From an uncultured Enterobacterales bacterium (GTDB taxonomy: Bacteria; Pseudomonadota; Gammaproteobacteria; Enterobacterales; GCA-2746155): a stretch of DNA of 38,485 nucleotides. Under the pieces are notes generated by a model. That model was not told the DNA's origin. It made no database searches and saw only the letters and a program-made list of their open reading frames with translations. The position numbers and the translations under genes are program-made. The DNA is taken from positions 1 through 38,485 of the forward strand of contig CAZLIR010000001.1 in NCBI GenBank assembly GCA_964559635.1. Direction: 5' to 3'. Positions 15,790 to 25,387 of this stretch are shown piece by piece. Position 1 is the stretch's first letter, and every line of letters starts with the position of its first letter.

Positions 15790-17970
15790 ATGCATGACTC
15801 GTTAAACACACAGCGTTCAGATCCACTGAAGCATCTTTATAAGGCCTACTATGGTCGGTATGCACCGCATGTCGATGTGATTTATCCATCATCCATTAAC
15901 GATCTCAAAGCGTTGTGGGATCTGTTGCAGAGAAAGTTAAGCACAGACAAGCAAACCATTGCGAATAACATTGCTGAGTTAATGATCCTCGACGTATGCA
16001 GTGAAATTAATGATGTGCCCAGAGATATAGTACAATTACTGTCATCAAAAAAAGCGATCGAGCATTTTGCCATTCCGATTGCCAAAGATGGCAAAGGTTT
16101 TGTCCAAGTGGCGATTGCCAATCCCTTCGACGAAGAATTAATCAGCCACCTTGGCTTTGTCTTTAATCAGCACTTTCAACTTTTGATAGCACCACCTGAT
16201 GACATTGAGCTGGCGATATCCAAGTACTATGAATCGATAGACGGTGATGAGGTTGTTGATGCCCTTAATTTGGACAAAGCAGGTGATGAGCAGGCTAATG
16301 GCATACCAGAATTAGCACAGAAAATATTCATTCAGGCTATTGACCTGAATGCCTCTGATATTCACATCCAACCGTTTATCGATGGTTCAGCCGTGCGGGT
16401 TCGTACCGATGGTGTGCTCAGACGTATCGCCATTCTTCCAGAGTCCGTATCCAAATCCGTTATCCGCTATGTAAAAAATCAATCAGGCATGGACTCGACC
16501 ACCACATTCATCCCACAAGATGGCCGCATGGCGGTGGAATATAAAGGGCAATTAATAGATGTCCGTTTATCCGTGTTGCCGGTGGCTGGGCGCAAAGAAA
16601 AACTGGTCATTCGATTGCTCCATCAATTAAAAGACTACAGTTTAAATACCATCGGTTTATCGCTTAAAGACGTGCAAACACTGCGACGTTTACTGACTTA
16701 TCCATCCGGAGTGGTATTGGTGTGCGGTCCAACAGGCTCTGGTAAAAGTACGACCTTGTATGCAGCACTCAGTGAACTAAATAAAGAGTCTGTATCCATA
16801 GCAACAGTCGAAGAGCCGGTGGAGTATAAAATGCCGGGCTTAGCTCAAACCGATGTCAATCCAAAAACCGGTCTGACGTTTGCTGGTGCCTTACGCTCGG
16901 TTCTGCGGCAAGATCCGGACATTGTCTTAGTCGGTGAAATCAGAGACCAAGAAACAGCCACCACCGCAATGCAGGCTGCATTAACAGGTCATCTCGTGTT
17001 ATCAACGCTACACACCAATGATGCCATCACTGCGATCCCCAGATTACAAGATCTCAATATTCAATCATCAATCATGGCTGAGGCATTAAACGGTATTATC
17101 TCTCAAAGACTGTTTCGCAAGCTTTGTGACCATTGTAAATTACCTAATGAAGGTAATCTGTCCGGACTGGATGCCATTTTCGAAAAGATTACCCATGTCA
17201 GACCACCCTATCATGCCAACGGTTGCGAAAAGTGTTATCAAAGTGGTTACAAGGGGCGCATACCAATCACAGAAATTATCGAAATAAACACTAAAATGCG
17301 CACGCTTATACATCAGGAAGTCTCCGATGTGACGAAACTAATCACCTGTGTTAACGATAACTATAGTAATTTATCAATGACAACTTCACGTCGAATTATC
17401 TCCGGTGAGACTTCGGTCGAAGAGGCGATTAAAGTCATTGGCCATGTGTTTATCAGCCACATTGCACAGGGGTATGACAGTGATGTTGATAACTCCAGTG
17501 AGTTATTAAATAGCATGCCGACAGTCACTAATTCTGGGGCTGGTGTTTTAATTGTCGGTGATGTAGATATTGTCCCTGATAAACTAAAGACGCTCCTAAG
17601 TAATGCTTGGTATAGAGTGAATTACGCCAGCACCCCTAAACAAGCGGAAACCATGCTTAAAACAAACTCTAATATCAGTTTGGTTGTACTTGCGATTTCT
17701 GAGCAGCAGACTGAGCAGCAGGCCGTCAGTCTAACGGCTGACTATCGAGAGGCATTGGCATGGAGTCGCTTACCGGCCTTAATCTTTTTACAATCAACCA
17801 TCAAAGACTATGCCCAAGGTTTGGTTGAGCATGGCGCAACATCAAAAATTGTCGCCAGCGATCAGCCCAACTCACTTCATTTAGAGCTCATCCAGAGTGC
17901 TATCGAGCACAATGATGATTTCAATTGGGGAATAGTCTCTAACAGTGACCAGATTACATTCGAACATTAA
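15790..17970 (+). CDS. PilB/GspE-family secretion/pilus-assembly ATPase with a C-terminal extension of about 175 aa (receiver-like)
   Basis: 726 aa with a T2SSE_N-like N-domain (FAIPIAKDGKGFVQVAIANPFD). Core motifs are Walker A GPTGSGKSTT, Asp box VEEPVEY, Walker B DPDIVLVGEIRD, His box TGHLVLSTLHTND and the tetracysteine CDHC...CEKC. The core ends near residue 551 (EEAIKVIG). Residues 585-705 have an alternating beta/alpha receiver-like pattern (VLIVGDVD ... SLVVLAIS ... ALIFLQS ... GATSKIV). Confidence 0.85.
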   Translation: MHDSLNTQRSDPLKHLYKAYYGRYAPHVDVIYPSSINDLKALWDLLQRKLSTDKQTIANNIAELMILDVCSEINDVPRDIVQLLSSKKAIEHFAIPIAKDGKGFVQVAIANPFDEELISHLGFVFNQHFQLLIAPPDDIELAISKYYESIDGDEVVDALNLDKAGDEQANGIPELAQKIFIQAIDLNASDIHIQPFIDGSAVRVRTDGVLRRIAILPESVSKSVIRYVKNQSGMDSTTTFIPQDGRMAVEYKGQLIDVRLSVLPVAGRKEKLVIRLLHQLKDYSLNTIGLSLKDVQTLRRLLTYPSGVVLVCGPTGSGKSTTLYAALSELNKESVSIATVEEPVEYKMPGLAQTDVNPKTGLTFAGALRSVLRQDPDIVLVGEIRDQETATTAMQAALTGHLVLSTLHTNDAITAIPRLQDLNIQSSIMAEALNGIISQRLFRKLCDHCKLPNEGNLSGLDAIFEKITHVRPPYHANGCEKCYQSGYKGRIPITEIIEINTKMRTLIHQEVSDVTKLITCVNDNYSNLSMTTSRRIISGETSVEEAIKVIGHVFISHIAQGYDSDVDNSSELLNSMPTVTNSGAGVLIVGDVDIVPDKLKTLLSNAWYRVNYASTPKQAETMLKTNSNISLVVLAISEQQTEQQAVSLTADYREALAWSRLPALIFLQSTIKDYAQGLVEHGATSKIVASDQPNSLHLELIQSAIEHNDDFNWGIVSNSDQITFEH

Positions 17971-17999
17971 TGTCATCTGTTGCCAGTGCCGAGCGATGG

Positions 18000-19664
18000 T
18001 TATTTAACACGAATAGGGTCGGCCCAATCTCCGCGATAAATTAGTTGTTCATCGTGAATGGTCTTAACAAATTTTCCATAGCGTATTTCAGTACCGACAT
18101 AGAGCCCTAATACTGGACTTTGCTCAGGAATCTCATAGGTATCGGTCAGGGTTTGTGTTGCCATATTCGGATCAATTGCCCAACGTTTTTGTTCTCCTCG
18201 AGACCAACCAATATGTACCGCATAAAGGTATCTCACCTCATCAGATAACGTGAATATACCGTTGTTGGTGAGCGCTAATTGTGTTGTGATCGTGGGGTTG
18301 TCATTCAGATCAGTCATTTCTGATGCAAACGTGACAGTCGGCCACTCGATATCATTTTCATCAGTCAGAATCACGATGCCCTCAAGTTTAAGCAAAGCAT
18401 TATTTTTGTCATAAAACTCAAAGATAAGCTCACGATCAGTTAAACCCTGACCGGCAAATGAAATTGTGTCAGCCAGATGACTCTCAGCGATATTATCTTT
18501 GCTGTAGATAACCCTGTCTTTGTAAATGACTCGCATGCTGCTGACATCCGGCTGTAAGAAGATATCTATCGGCACTTCATTTTTGTAGAACGTTTGGTTT
18601 TTAGGTGAGCTTATTATGGCCTTGTTGTACTGTGTGAGTGCATGCCATACCGGGCGTGGGTAGCCAATAGTATCATCACCATCTTGATAACCCCAAAACC
18701 CGAACCATTCCTCTGGCGTGTCATCATGATCGGCAGGTGAGGTACCGGGTGGGCCTTTCCACCAGCCGTCAGCATAATAAAATGGACTTGCACCTGAGGC
18801 TCCGGCATCCAGTAATTGCCGGTAGTACCATGGCAGCATAGTCATCTGTTCAATCAAGGTATTACCGCCATATCGGTCTTCGCCCTCATCACGAGACACC
18901 GAATAGCCAAATTCCGTAATGAAGAGCGGTTTTCCCTGACCATTCATTTCAGGCAGGATCTTCGCTGCGTTGGTGTAACCATGCGAGTAGTTAAAGCCGT
19001 CATAGTCGTAGGCATTGTAGGCGTAGACATCAAACAGATTCATATTGACGAACTCGGTAATCGCTGAATTACCGCTGATGGTGACAGGAATACCTGGGTG
19101 CTCCTGATGAATGATGTCACGCATTTGTGTCCACAAATCGACCGTTGCCTGCGCACCGACTTTTTTGATGTGCAAGGGCATCGGTTCATTCATGACCAGA
19201 TAGCCGATCACGCAGTCATAGTCCTTCGAGTAGCTTAATACCCGTCTCACTGAGGCTAGATTCTTGGCCACAATTTCAGGATCAGAGAAATCATCCTTTG
19301 GATTGACCGCAATCCCCAGGATTATTTTCAATCCAGATTTTTGCACTTCCTGTAATTCTTCTTCCGATAACTCTGCCCAAGTTCGGACTGCATTAAATCC
19401 AGCCTGTTTGATAACTTTTAAATCATTGCTAACGCGTTCGGGGGAGTATTCTCTGTTTTCGTAGGGATGTTGGCCAGGACGTGCAGAAATTTCATAACCA
19501 AGCGCATTAATGAATGTCTTAACACCATTGATATAAAACCAGCCATCCTTCACCTCGAGTTGTGTTTTAGGCTGCTCGATATGGTTAGTTGTTTCTTGTT
19601 GCGAGCAAGAAGTCGCTGTTATTAAGGCAACTAGCACAGATGCCAAAACAAAAACCTTATTCAT
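18000..19664 (-). CDS. Clan GH-A (GH5-like TIM-barrel) glycoside hydrolase, lipoprotein, with a C-terminal beta-rich domain
   Basis: 554 aa with a signal peptide and lipobox (LITATSC). The candidate acid/base is YLVMNEP and the candidate nucleophile is LFITEFGYS, about 90 aa later. The C-terminal 200 aa are unassigned. The family assignment is approximate. Confidence 0.55.
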   Translation of the reverse strand: MNKVFVLASVLVALITATSCSQQETTNHIEQPKTQLEVKDGWFYINGVKTFINALGYEISARPGQHPYENREYSPERVSNDLKVIKQAGFNAVRTWAELSEEELQEVQKSGLKIILGIAVNPKDDFSDPEIVAKNLASVRRVLSYSKDYDCVIGYLVMNEPMPLHIKKVGAQATVDLWTQMRDIIHQEHPGIPVTISGNSAITEFVNMNLFDVYAYNAYDYDGFNYSHGYTNAAKILPEMNGQGKPLFITEFGYSVSRDEGEDRYGGNTLIEQMTMLPWYYRQLLDAGASGASPFYYADGWWKGPPGTSPADHDDTPEEWFGFWGYQDGDDTIGYPRPVWHALTQYNKAIISSPKNQTFYKNEVPIDIFLQPDVSSMRVIYKDRVIYSKDNIAESHLADTISFAGQGLTDRELIFEFYDKNNALLKLEGIVILTDENDIEWPTVTFASEMTDLNDNPTITTQLALTNNGIFTLSDEVRYLYAVHIGWSRGEQKRWAIDPNMATQTLTDTYEIPEQSPVLGLYVGTEIRYGKFVKTIHDEQLIYRGDWADPIRVK

Positions 19665-19788
19665 CCAATTGATCCTTATGACATTAAATACAAAACTGGT
19701 TTTACGGAGTGTGCGACTGGCGGTCGTTTATAAAATTAACACACTCTAAGGCAATTGTTTAGATGAGCAGTATTTTTCACAGCACGGA

Positions 19789-20502
19789 TTAAAATGTTTT
19801 TAGTATTTCGGTGACTATTTCCAAACCGAGGCTGATGGCTGCGAGATATATTCCCAGAGTAAATAGATTGATCAGAAAACTTTTAATCCAACTCACCTGA
19901 TAAAAGCGTTTAATGGCAATCAGCTGATAAATCAGAAAATACACCAGTACCACGAGCCCTACATAGCCAATATCGGGTAGATAGTTACTAAAGGATTGCA
20001 GTAGCAGAAAGAAAATAAATAACAAATACCAAAACGTATGAATATGTACTGCAAAAACCAAGTTAAAAATATATCGGGAGCTTGGTTGTGTCATCTGCAA
20101 AACTGACGCATAAAATGGCAGTAGCACGAAAATAATTTTCGGAATCTGCTCGAGTACTCCACTGGGTAAAATTAAAAAAGAAATGAGTTCTTTACCCTCT
20201 GAATAGTCGGTCTTTATCATAGACATAATGAAAAACAGCAACAGGGATGTTATGAGATACATCCGCAGCGGTGGTGTGAAACTGACTCGCTTACCAGCAC
20301 GATAATTTGTGGTTAAGTTGCCGGGTTGAAATAACAATGTCTTCAATGTGGTCGTTAATCTGCCATCAATATCCAGCAGTTCATAGAGCGATTCTGAAAT
20401 CAGTTGTTTGAAGGGACGATTAAAATCTTTCCTGCTTTGTCCGCAGCATGGGCAATATTGGGCTTGCTCAGGGAATTCGTTACTGCAGTTATGACATTTC
20501 AT
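19789..20502 (-). CDS. DUF3667-like zinc-ribbon membrane protein
   Basis: 237 aa with an N-terminal CxxC...CxxC ribbon (CHNCSNEFPEQAQYCPCCG). The FQPGNLTTNYRAGKRVSFTPPLRMY block follows, then 4-5 TM helices. Confidence 0.55.
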   Translation of the reverse strand: MKCHNCSNEFPEQAQYCPCCGQSRKDFNRPFKQLISESLYELLDIDGRLTTTLKTLLFQPGNLTTNYRAGKRVSFTPPLRMYLITSLLLFFIMSMIKTDYSEGKELISFLILPSGVLEQIPKIIFVLLPFYASVLQMTQPSSRYIFNLVFAVHIHTFWYLLFIFFLLLQSFSNYLPDIGYVGLVVLVYFLIYQLIAIKRFYQVSWIKSFLINLFTLGIYLAAISLGLEIVTEILKTF

Positions 20503-20850
20503 GATTTTAATAAGGTAGATATGGCTATGTGTGTCGATTCTGAACGATTATACACGGCATAAGCCGGGTGCTAATAACGATAAGTTCAGTCATTGCCACT
20601 CATCAGCCGCTATTAATTGTTCCAAAGTGTAAAATTGTCAAAAATTGATAATTTTTTGCTCAGTTTTTGCACAATTCTCGTATATTGTTTATACAAATTC
20701 ACTCTAATTATATTTCCACTCTCAAGTGGTACCCATGAGCCAATTTGTTGATGACAACCGAAAGCTTGTTCGGTTGGTTTCAGTTCTAGCGCTAATAATA
20801 AATTACATATTAATAAACAATAACTAATGATCTGGACCTGAGGAGTTTCT

Positions 20851-23097
20851 ATGGCACAAGCAAATCATAAATCAACAAACCTATTTCAAAGAACACAACT
20901 AGCAATGGCTCTTGCTGCAGCCATTAGCACCATCTCATTACCACTCATAGCTGAAGAGGCCGAGGAAGAGGAGGCCACTAAAGCAAATGATTCGTCAGTG
21001 ATAACGGTCACAGCAACCAAGCGTGAACAGGCAATCTATGAGGTGCCAATTGCGATCAGTGCCTTTTCTGGTGACGAAATTGATGAGCAAGGAATAGTGA
21101 GCATAACCGATGTTGGCAAATTTGTACCAAATCTGAATATCACCGGATTTTCTGCCGGACATACATCATCGGCCAACCCCTTTATTCGTGGTATTGGATT
21201 ACAAGACCATCTGATCACTACGGATCCAGGCGTGAGTGTATACGTCGATGGTGTCTATCTGGGGCGACAGGTTGGACAGAACTGGAACTTGCAAAATATT
21301 GACCGAATCGAGGTACTCAGAGGACCACAGGGCACACTCTATGGTCGTAACTCCATTGGTGGTGCGATTAACATTATCACCAAGCAGCCTGATCAGGATG
21401 CCGTAACTAAGGTGACCGCTGAAGTGGGAACACGTGGACGTTTGAGAACCAATGTCTTTACTAATCAAGGTATTAGCGATAATTTGGCATTTAACTTCAG
21501 TATTGGTTTTGATCGCAGAGATGGCCTTGGTGAATTCTATAATTTGCCACTCGCAGAGTATGATGTCGGTGAAACGCAGGAATTTAATGGTCGTGTGTCA
21601 TTAAAATATGACAACGGTGACGATTTTAGATTGGTGTTCACTGCTGATGCCAATGACGGCCGTGGTGGTTTGCGCCCCTATACCACCTTGATTGATGAGA
21701 TTCCTAACGGACGTCTATATGCTGCTCGAGGTTTGCGTAACAGCGATGTTGCTGCTGACAGGTTCGATAACGCGACTGGTACGATTGAGTCAGCAGGAGT
21801 CTGGAATAAAGCCCGTGGCATTTCAATAACTGCAGATTATGATATCAGCGATACCTATGGTCTGAAATTCATCGCCAGCAATCGCTCGTCGAAATATAAG
21901 GCAGGTTTGGATGATGATGGTACCGTGGTCAGACTTGATCACTATCCAGAGCGAGGCTCAGCTGATCAAACCTCAATCGAGTTACAACTGACAGCTCAGT
22001 ACGATCAGGTCGATTTTGTTTCCGGTATTTACTGGTTTAATGAGGAAGGTAAAAATCGTCAGGATCCATCAGAAGCTAGTTTCGATGGTGGTCCAACACG
22101 ACTGGATTTGGATCAGGAAACCACCAGCTTTGCGATGTACATCAACGTCGGATATGACGTGTCTGAGGACCTCCGTATAACCGGTGGCTTACGCTATACC
22201 GAAGATGAGAAAGATGCCTCAACTAACGTGTTTGATCCAATCGGTACCATTTACGACAGTCGAGATTGGGACGAGTTATCCTGGGAAGTGGCCAGTAACT
22301 ACACTTTTGAGAGTGGGCTAAACTGGTATGCAACCATTCAGACCGGTTATCAGTCTGGGCAGTACCCGGCCAGACCTTACTTTTTGATCGGTCAGTTCTT
22401 TGGTGAGGGTGGCTTTGGCAACCCTGATGCTGCTGCGGCTGTACGAGCCAATAATGGTTTCAAGGCAGGTGACAACATTGGCGCGATTAACTATGAGACA
22501 GGTTTCAAAGGACGATTGTCGGATGAGTTAGTCATGAGCGTGGCATTGTTTAATACTATGTATGATGACTTGCCATATCAGGTCAGTGTCGTGACCGATT
22601 CAGGATTTGATACTAACAACCTCATCGTTGAGCAGACATCCCGTGGTGTTGAACTGGAAAGCACCTATTCACCAACAGAAAGCTTCCGCTTGCATGCTAG
22701 TGTTGGTCTGATAGATGTTGATGTTGATGAGCAAAATGGTGTCAAACCGGTCGCGCCTTTAACACCAGAAGTGACCGCAGCCATTAGTCCATCTTACACG
22801 GCAGAGCTAGATGGTGGGGCATTACTGACCACACGGGTTGATCTATCATATCGCGATGGTATGTATGGTGAACCTAGCTCAGATCCACTGCGGCTGACAC
22901 AGATTAGTGACAGAACTACAGTGAACTTTAATATGACTTATGAGCCACCGAATGCCGACTGGAGCGTGTCATTTTATGGTCGTAATATCACTGACGAGCG
23001 TTATGAGGATGCGCGTTTGAATACTGGTGATTACATTCTGGTCATACTTAACAACGATGCCAGTGAATTTGGCTTCCGTTACAACGCAACCTTCTGA
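20851..23097 (+). CDS. TonB-dependent outer-membrane receptor
   Basis: 748 aa with RBS GAGGAG and a signal peptide. An acidic linker is followed by the TonB-box region SVITVTATKRE. Plug motifs are RIEVLRGPQGTLYGRNSIGGAINIITK. The barrel ends in a terminal aromatic residue (RYNATF). Confidence 0.9.
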   Translation: MAQANHKSTNLFQRTQLAMALAAAISTISLPLIAEEAEEEEATKANDSSVITVTATKREQAIYEVPIAISAFSGDEIDEQGIVSITDVGKFVPNLNITGFSAGHTSSANPFIRGIGLQDHLITTDPGVSVYVDGVYLGRQVGQNWNLQNIDRIEVLRGPQGTLYGRNSIGGAINIITKQPDQDAVTKVTAEVGTRGRLRTNVFTNQGISDNLAFNFSIGFDRRDGLGEFYNLPLAEYDVGETQEFNGRVSLKYDNGDDFRLVFTADANDGRGGLRPYTTLIDEIPNGRLYAARGLRNSDVAADRFDNATGTIESAGVWNKARGISITADYDISDTYGLKFIASNRSSKYKAGLDDDGTVVRLDHYPERGSADQTSIELQLTAQYDQVDFVSGIYWFNEEGKNRQDPSEASFDGGPTRLDLDQETTSFAMYINVGYDVSEDLRITGGLRYTEDEKDASTNVFDPIGTIYDSRDWDELSWEVASNYTFESGLNWYATIQTGYQSGQYPARPYFLIGQFFGEGGFGNPDAAAAVRANNGFKAGDNIGAINYETGFKGRLSDELVMSVALFNTMYDDLPYQVSVVTDSGFDTNNLIVEQTSRGVELESTYSPTESFRLHASVGLIDVDVDEQNGVKPVAPLTPEVTAAISPSYTAELDGGALLTTRVDLSYRDGMYGEPSSDPLRLTQISDRTTVNFNMTYEPPNADWSVSFYGRNITDERYEDARLNTGDYILVILNNDASEFGFRYNATF

Positions 23098-23140
23098 TAT
23101 GTCTTAGCGCCAGACAATGGCGTAGCGATGTCTTAGGATA

Positions 23141-23172
23141 AAAGCCGGTTGATTACCTCAATCGGCTTTTTT
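23141..23172 (+). terminator. Rho-independent terminator after the 748-aa TBDR gene
   Basis: AAAGCCGGTTGA-ttacc-TCAATCGGCTTTTTT forms a 9-bp stem (one G-U pair) followed by T6. Confidence 0.65.
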
Positions 23173-23276
23173 GATTCTCAGAGAACATTTGCTTTCATTG
23201 ACACAATTGAGCATGCTTAATACATGATACTCTCGACTAATAATTAGCAACTAATAACTAGCAATAAGCAAGCAGT

Positions 23277-24500
23277 ATGGATAGGCGCACAGCACTAAAA
23301 ATCATGGCCGCGTTGTCAGCGACAGCCCTCTCTCCGATGAGATTCGCAAGGAATCAACCAAAGGTGACGGTCATTGGTGCGGGAATTATTGGTGCTGCTT
23401 GTGCTTATTATCTCAGTCGTGCAGGAGCAAAAGTCACGATCCTTGATCAATCGGGTCCTGCGACACATGCAAGTCGGGGCACTTTTGCCTGGTTGAATGC
23501 CACTTGGGCCAAGCAACCGCAAAGCTATCATTATTTAAATCAAGTAGGGCTTCAGGTATGGAAAGAAGTTCAGAATGAGTTAGCCATACCTATTACATGG
23601 CAGGGCTCGCTGGAGTGGTTTGGTAATCAAGCGCGTAATACAAAGTTGATTGATCAAATTAAAGAGCAGCAATTATGGGGTGAACCCGCCAGAATGATAA
23701 CGTCTGATGAGGTTAAGCAATTAGAGCCGCATCTTGTCGTAAATAATCCGACACTCACCGCTTACTCACCCAATGATGGTGCACTGGACCCGGTCCAAGC
23801 TACACATACGATGCTGCAATATGCTCAAGCGCGTGGTGCTAAAGTCATCTCGCCCTGTAAAGCATTGCAGCCAGTATTTAAAAAACAACAACTAGTCGCT
23901 GTAGAGACTAGTATGGGTCGAATTGCCTCAGATAAGATTGTGCTTGCGACTGGGGCTGCACCAGATGCCAGTAAAATATTTAGCGATGTTTTCATTCCCC
24001 AGAGAAGCACACCGGGCATCATAGTCATAACTAAACCACTTATTAAACCCATTGTTAACAGAATTATTGCCGCGCCGGGAGTGCATTTACATCAGCGCAG
24101 TGACGGCAGAGTGGTGTTAGGTGAGCAGGATGGACCTCCTGAGGGTGAAGCACATGAAACGCGACTACAAGCTCGACCGAATGACTTCCCAACCAAGGCT
24201 CTGGCAACTGCGCATGGCAATCGTATTCTACAGACTGCGACAGAGTACTATCCGGCCTTGGCTCAAGCTGAAGTAGAAGATGTATACATCGGCTGGCGTC
24301 CATTGCCACTGGATGGTCACCCGGTGTTGGGAGTCAACCCTGAGCGACCAGATATTTACATAGCAATCATGCACAGCGGAGTAAGTTTGGCGGCACTCGT
24401 GGGTAAATCTGTCACCAAGGAGTTGTTGATGAGCGAGGCGTTAGATGAGTTAGCTGCCTATAGACCTGTACGCGAGTTTAGCCGCGTTAAACGTTACTGA
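23277..24500 (+). CDS. FAD-dependent oxidoreductase (DAO / D-amino-acid-dehydrogenase-like family) with a Tat signal
   Basis: 407 aa with an N-terminal MDRRTALKIMAALSATAL twin-arginine leader. The dinucleotide fold is VTVIGAGIIGAACAYYLSRAGAKVTILDQ. Confidence 0.8.
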   Translation: MDRRTALKIMAALSATALSPMRFARNQPKVTVIGAGIIGAACAYYLSRAGAKVTILDQSGPATHASRGTFAWLNATWAKQPQSYHYLNQVGLQVWKEVQNELAIPITWQGSLEWFGNQARNTKLIDQIKEQQLWGEPARMITSDEVKQLEPHLVVNNPTLTAYSPNDGALDPVQATHTMLQYAQARGAKVISPCKALQPVFKKQQLVAVETSMGRIASDKIVLATGAAPDASKIFSDVFIPQRSTPGIIVITKPLIKPIVNRIIAAPGVHLHQRSDGRVVLGEQDGPPEGEAHETRLQARPNDFPTKALATAHGNRILQTATEYYPALAQAEVEDVYIGWRPLPLDGHPVLGVNPERPDIYIAIMHSGVSLAALVGKSVTKELLMSEALDELAAYRPVREFSRVKRY

Positions 24501-24538
24501 CAAAAAATATGCTCCCGTCCCTGGGAGAGAGAGGTGCG

Positions 24539-24859
24539 CTAAAGTTCGAGGCGCATTGACTCTCCGTTACGCTCAGCTTTTAACCTGACGAGCCAAGAAT
24601 AATTATTCTTCTCGGCATCGTAAAAAACACACACGGTAATAAACACCATGAGTAAGACAGCTAGGTGTGCGATCATACTAAGCCCGGTCACAATAACACT
24701 GCCTATTGATAGGCCGAATGCGATTGACCATAGCCATGCAAGTACGGTCATAATCCAAAATCGTGCCATCGGGTCCGGTATGTTCCTGAGAGGATTGCTA
24801 TTGTGATCCATTATGTTTTTGTAGGATTCATAACAGCTATATAAAGCGTTCTTGATCAT
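24539..24859 (-). CDS. Hypothetical small membrane protein (2 TM)
   Basis: 106-aa ORF with a good RBS (GGGGAG 7 nt upstream of the ATG). It has two hydrophobic helices (FWIMTVLAWLWSIAFGLSIGSVIV and MIAHLAVLLMVFITVCVFY). I recognise no family. Confidence 0.45.
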   Translation of the reverse strand: MIKNALYSCYESYKNIMDHNSNPLRNIPDPMARFWIMTVLAWLWSIAFGLSIGSVIVTGLSMIAHLAVLLMVFITVCVFYDAEKNNYSWLVRLKAERNGESMRLEL

Positions 24860-24982
24860 AAATGTGCTCCCCTAAGTTGATTGAACGATTAACGCATAAT
24901 CACGAGACTGTTCAAAAAATGTACGGCCAGCAAAGTTTGTTAGATCAATAATTCATTATGTGCACAAGATTTAGGTGAGGAA

Positions 24983-25387
24983 TTACTCAATGGTAATCGT
25001 GATTTTTTTCGACATTACAGGCACCTTGTGGGGCACGTGAGCATAGTCTCCTAATAACAATTGAAGCGTGTGAGTACCTTTGGGAAGATCAAGTATTGTT
25101 TCAGTCTGACCACCGCCAAAATGCTTGATATTGTCGGTTGCAGGTAGAGATGAGGTCATATCAGGTAATTCTGTTAGGTTGATGAGCAAATGATGATGTC
25201 CGGTGTTGGGTCTTTCCACGCCCGCGGGTGCTACACCCATGCCTTTGAGGCCAAATTTAACTATGATAGGCGATGTTAATTTGGCACCGTCAATTGGCGC
25301 TATAAAATACACTGATTTTTCGCTTGCAGAGACAGTTGCGAAGCTCAAAACAAGCCACAAACCCACAAATATTTTTAAGTATTGCAC
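24983..25387 (-). CDS. DUF4399-family secreted protein
   Basis: 134 aa with a GTG start and GAGGA RBS, plus a signal peptide (VLSFATVSASE). Characteristic blocks are SPIIVKFGLKGMGVAPAG, TGHHHLLIN, HFGGGQTE and GTHTLQLLLGDYAH. Confidence 0.6.
   Translation of the reverse strand: MQYLKIFVGLWLVLSFATVSASEKSVYFIAPIDGAKLTSPIIVKFGLKGMGVAPAGVERPNTGHHHLLINLTELPDMTSSLPATDNIKHFGGGQTETILDLPKGTHTLQLLLGDYAHVPHKVPVMSKKITITIE

Noticed and set aside
15790-16100. I looked for an MshEN-type c-di-GMP binding motif in the N-terminus of the PilB-like ATPase.
   Set aside because: The RLGxx(L/V/I)(L/V/I)xxG(L/V/I/F)(L/V/I)xxxxLxxxLxxQ pattern is not present in the first 100 residues.
20640-20680. A possible Fur box (TTGATAATTTT) lies upstream of the 748-aa TBDR.
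   Set aside because: The best hand alignment to the 19-bp Fur consensus GATAATGATAATCATTATC gives only about 12 of 19 matches. In very AT-rich DNA that is not distinguishable from background.
20503-20850. I considered a cobalamin or TPP riboswitch upstream of the TBDR gene.
   Set aside because: I found no B12-box-like GCCACTG/AGYCMGG core in a suitable context. The CTGAGG/ATCTGG fragments near 20830 overlap the RBS and lack the rest of the THI-element consensus.
24501-24538. A small hairpin CTCCC-gtccct-GGGAG lies between the convergent oxidoreductase and 2-TM protein genes.
   Set aside because: The stem is only 5 bp with no flanking T or A runs, which is insufficient to call a terminator.
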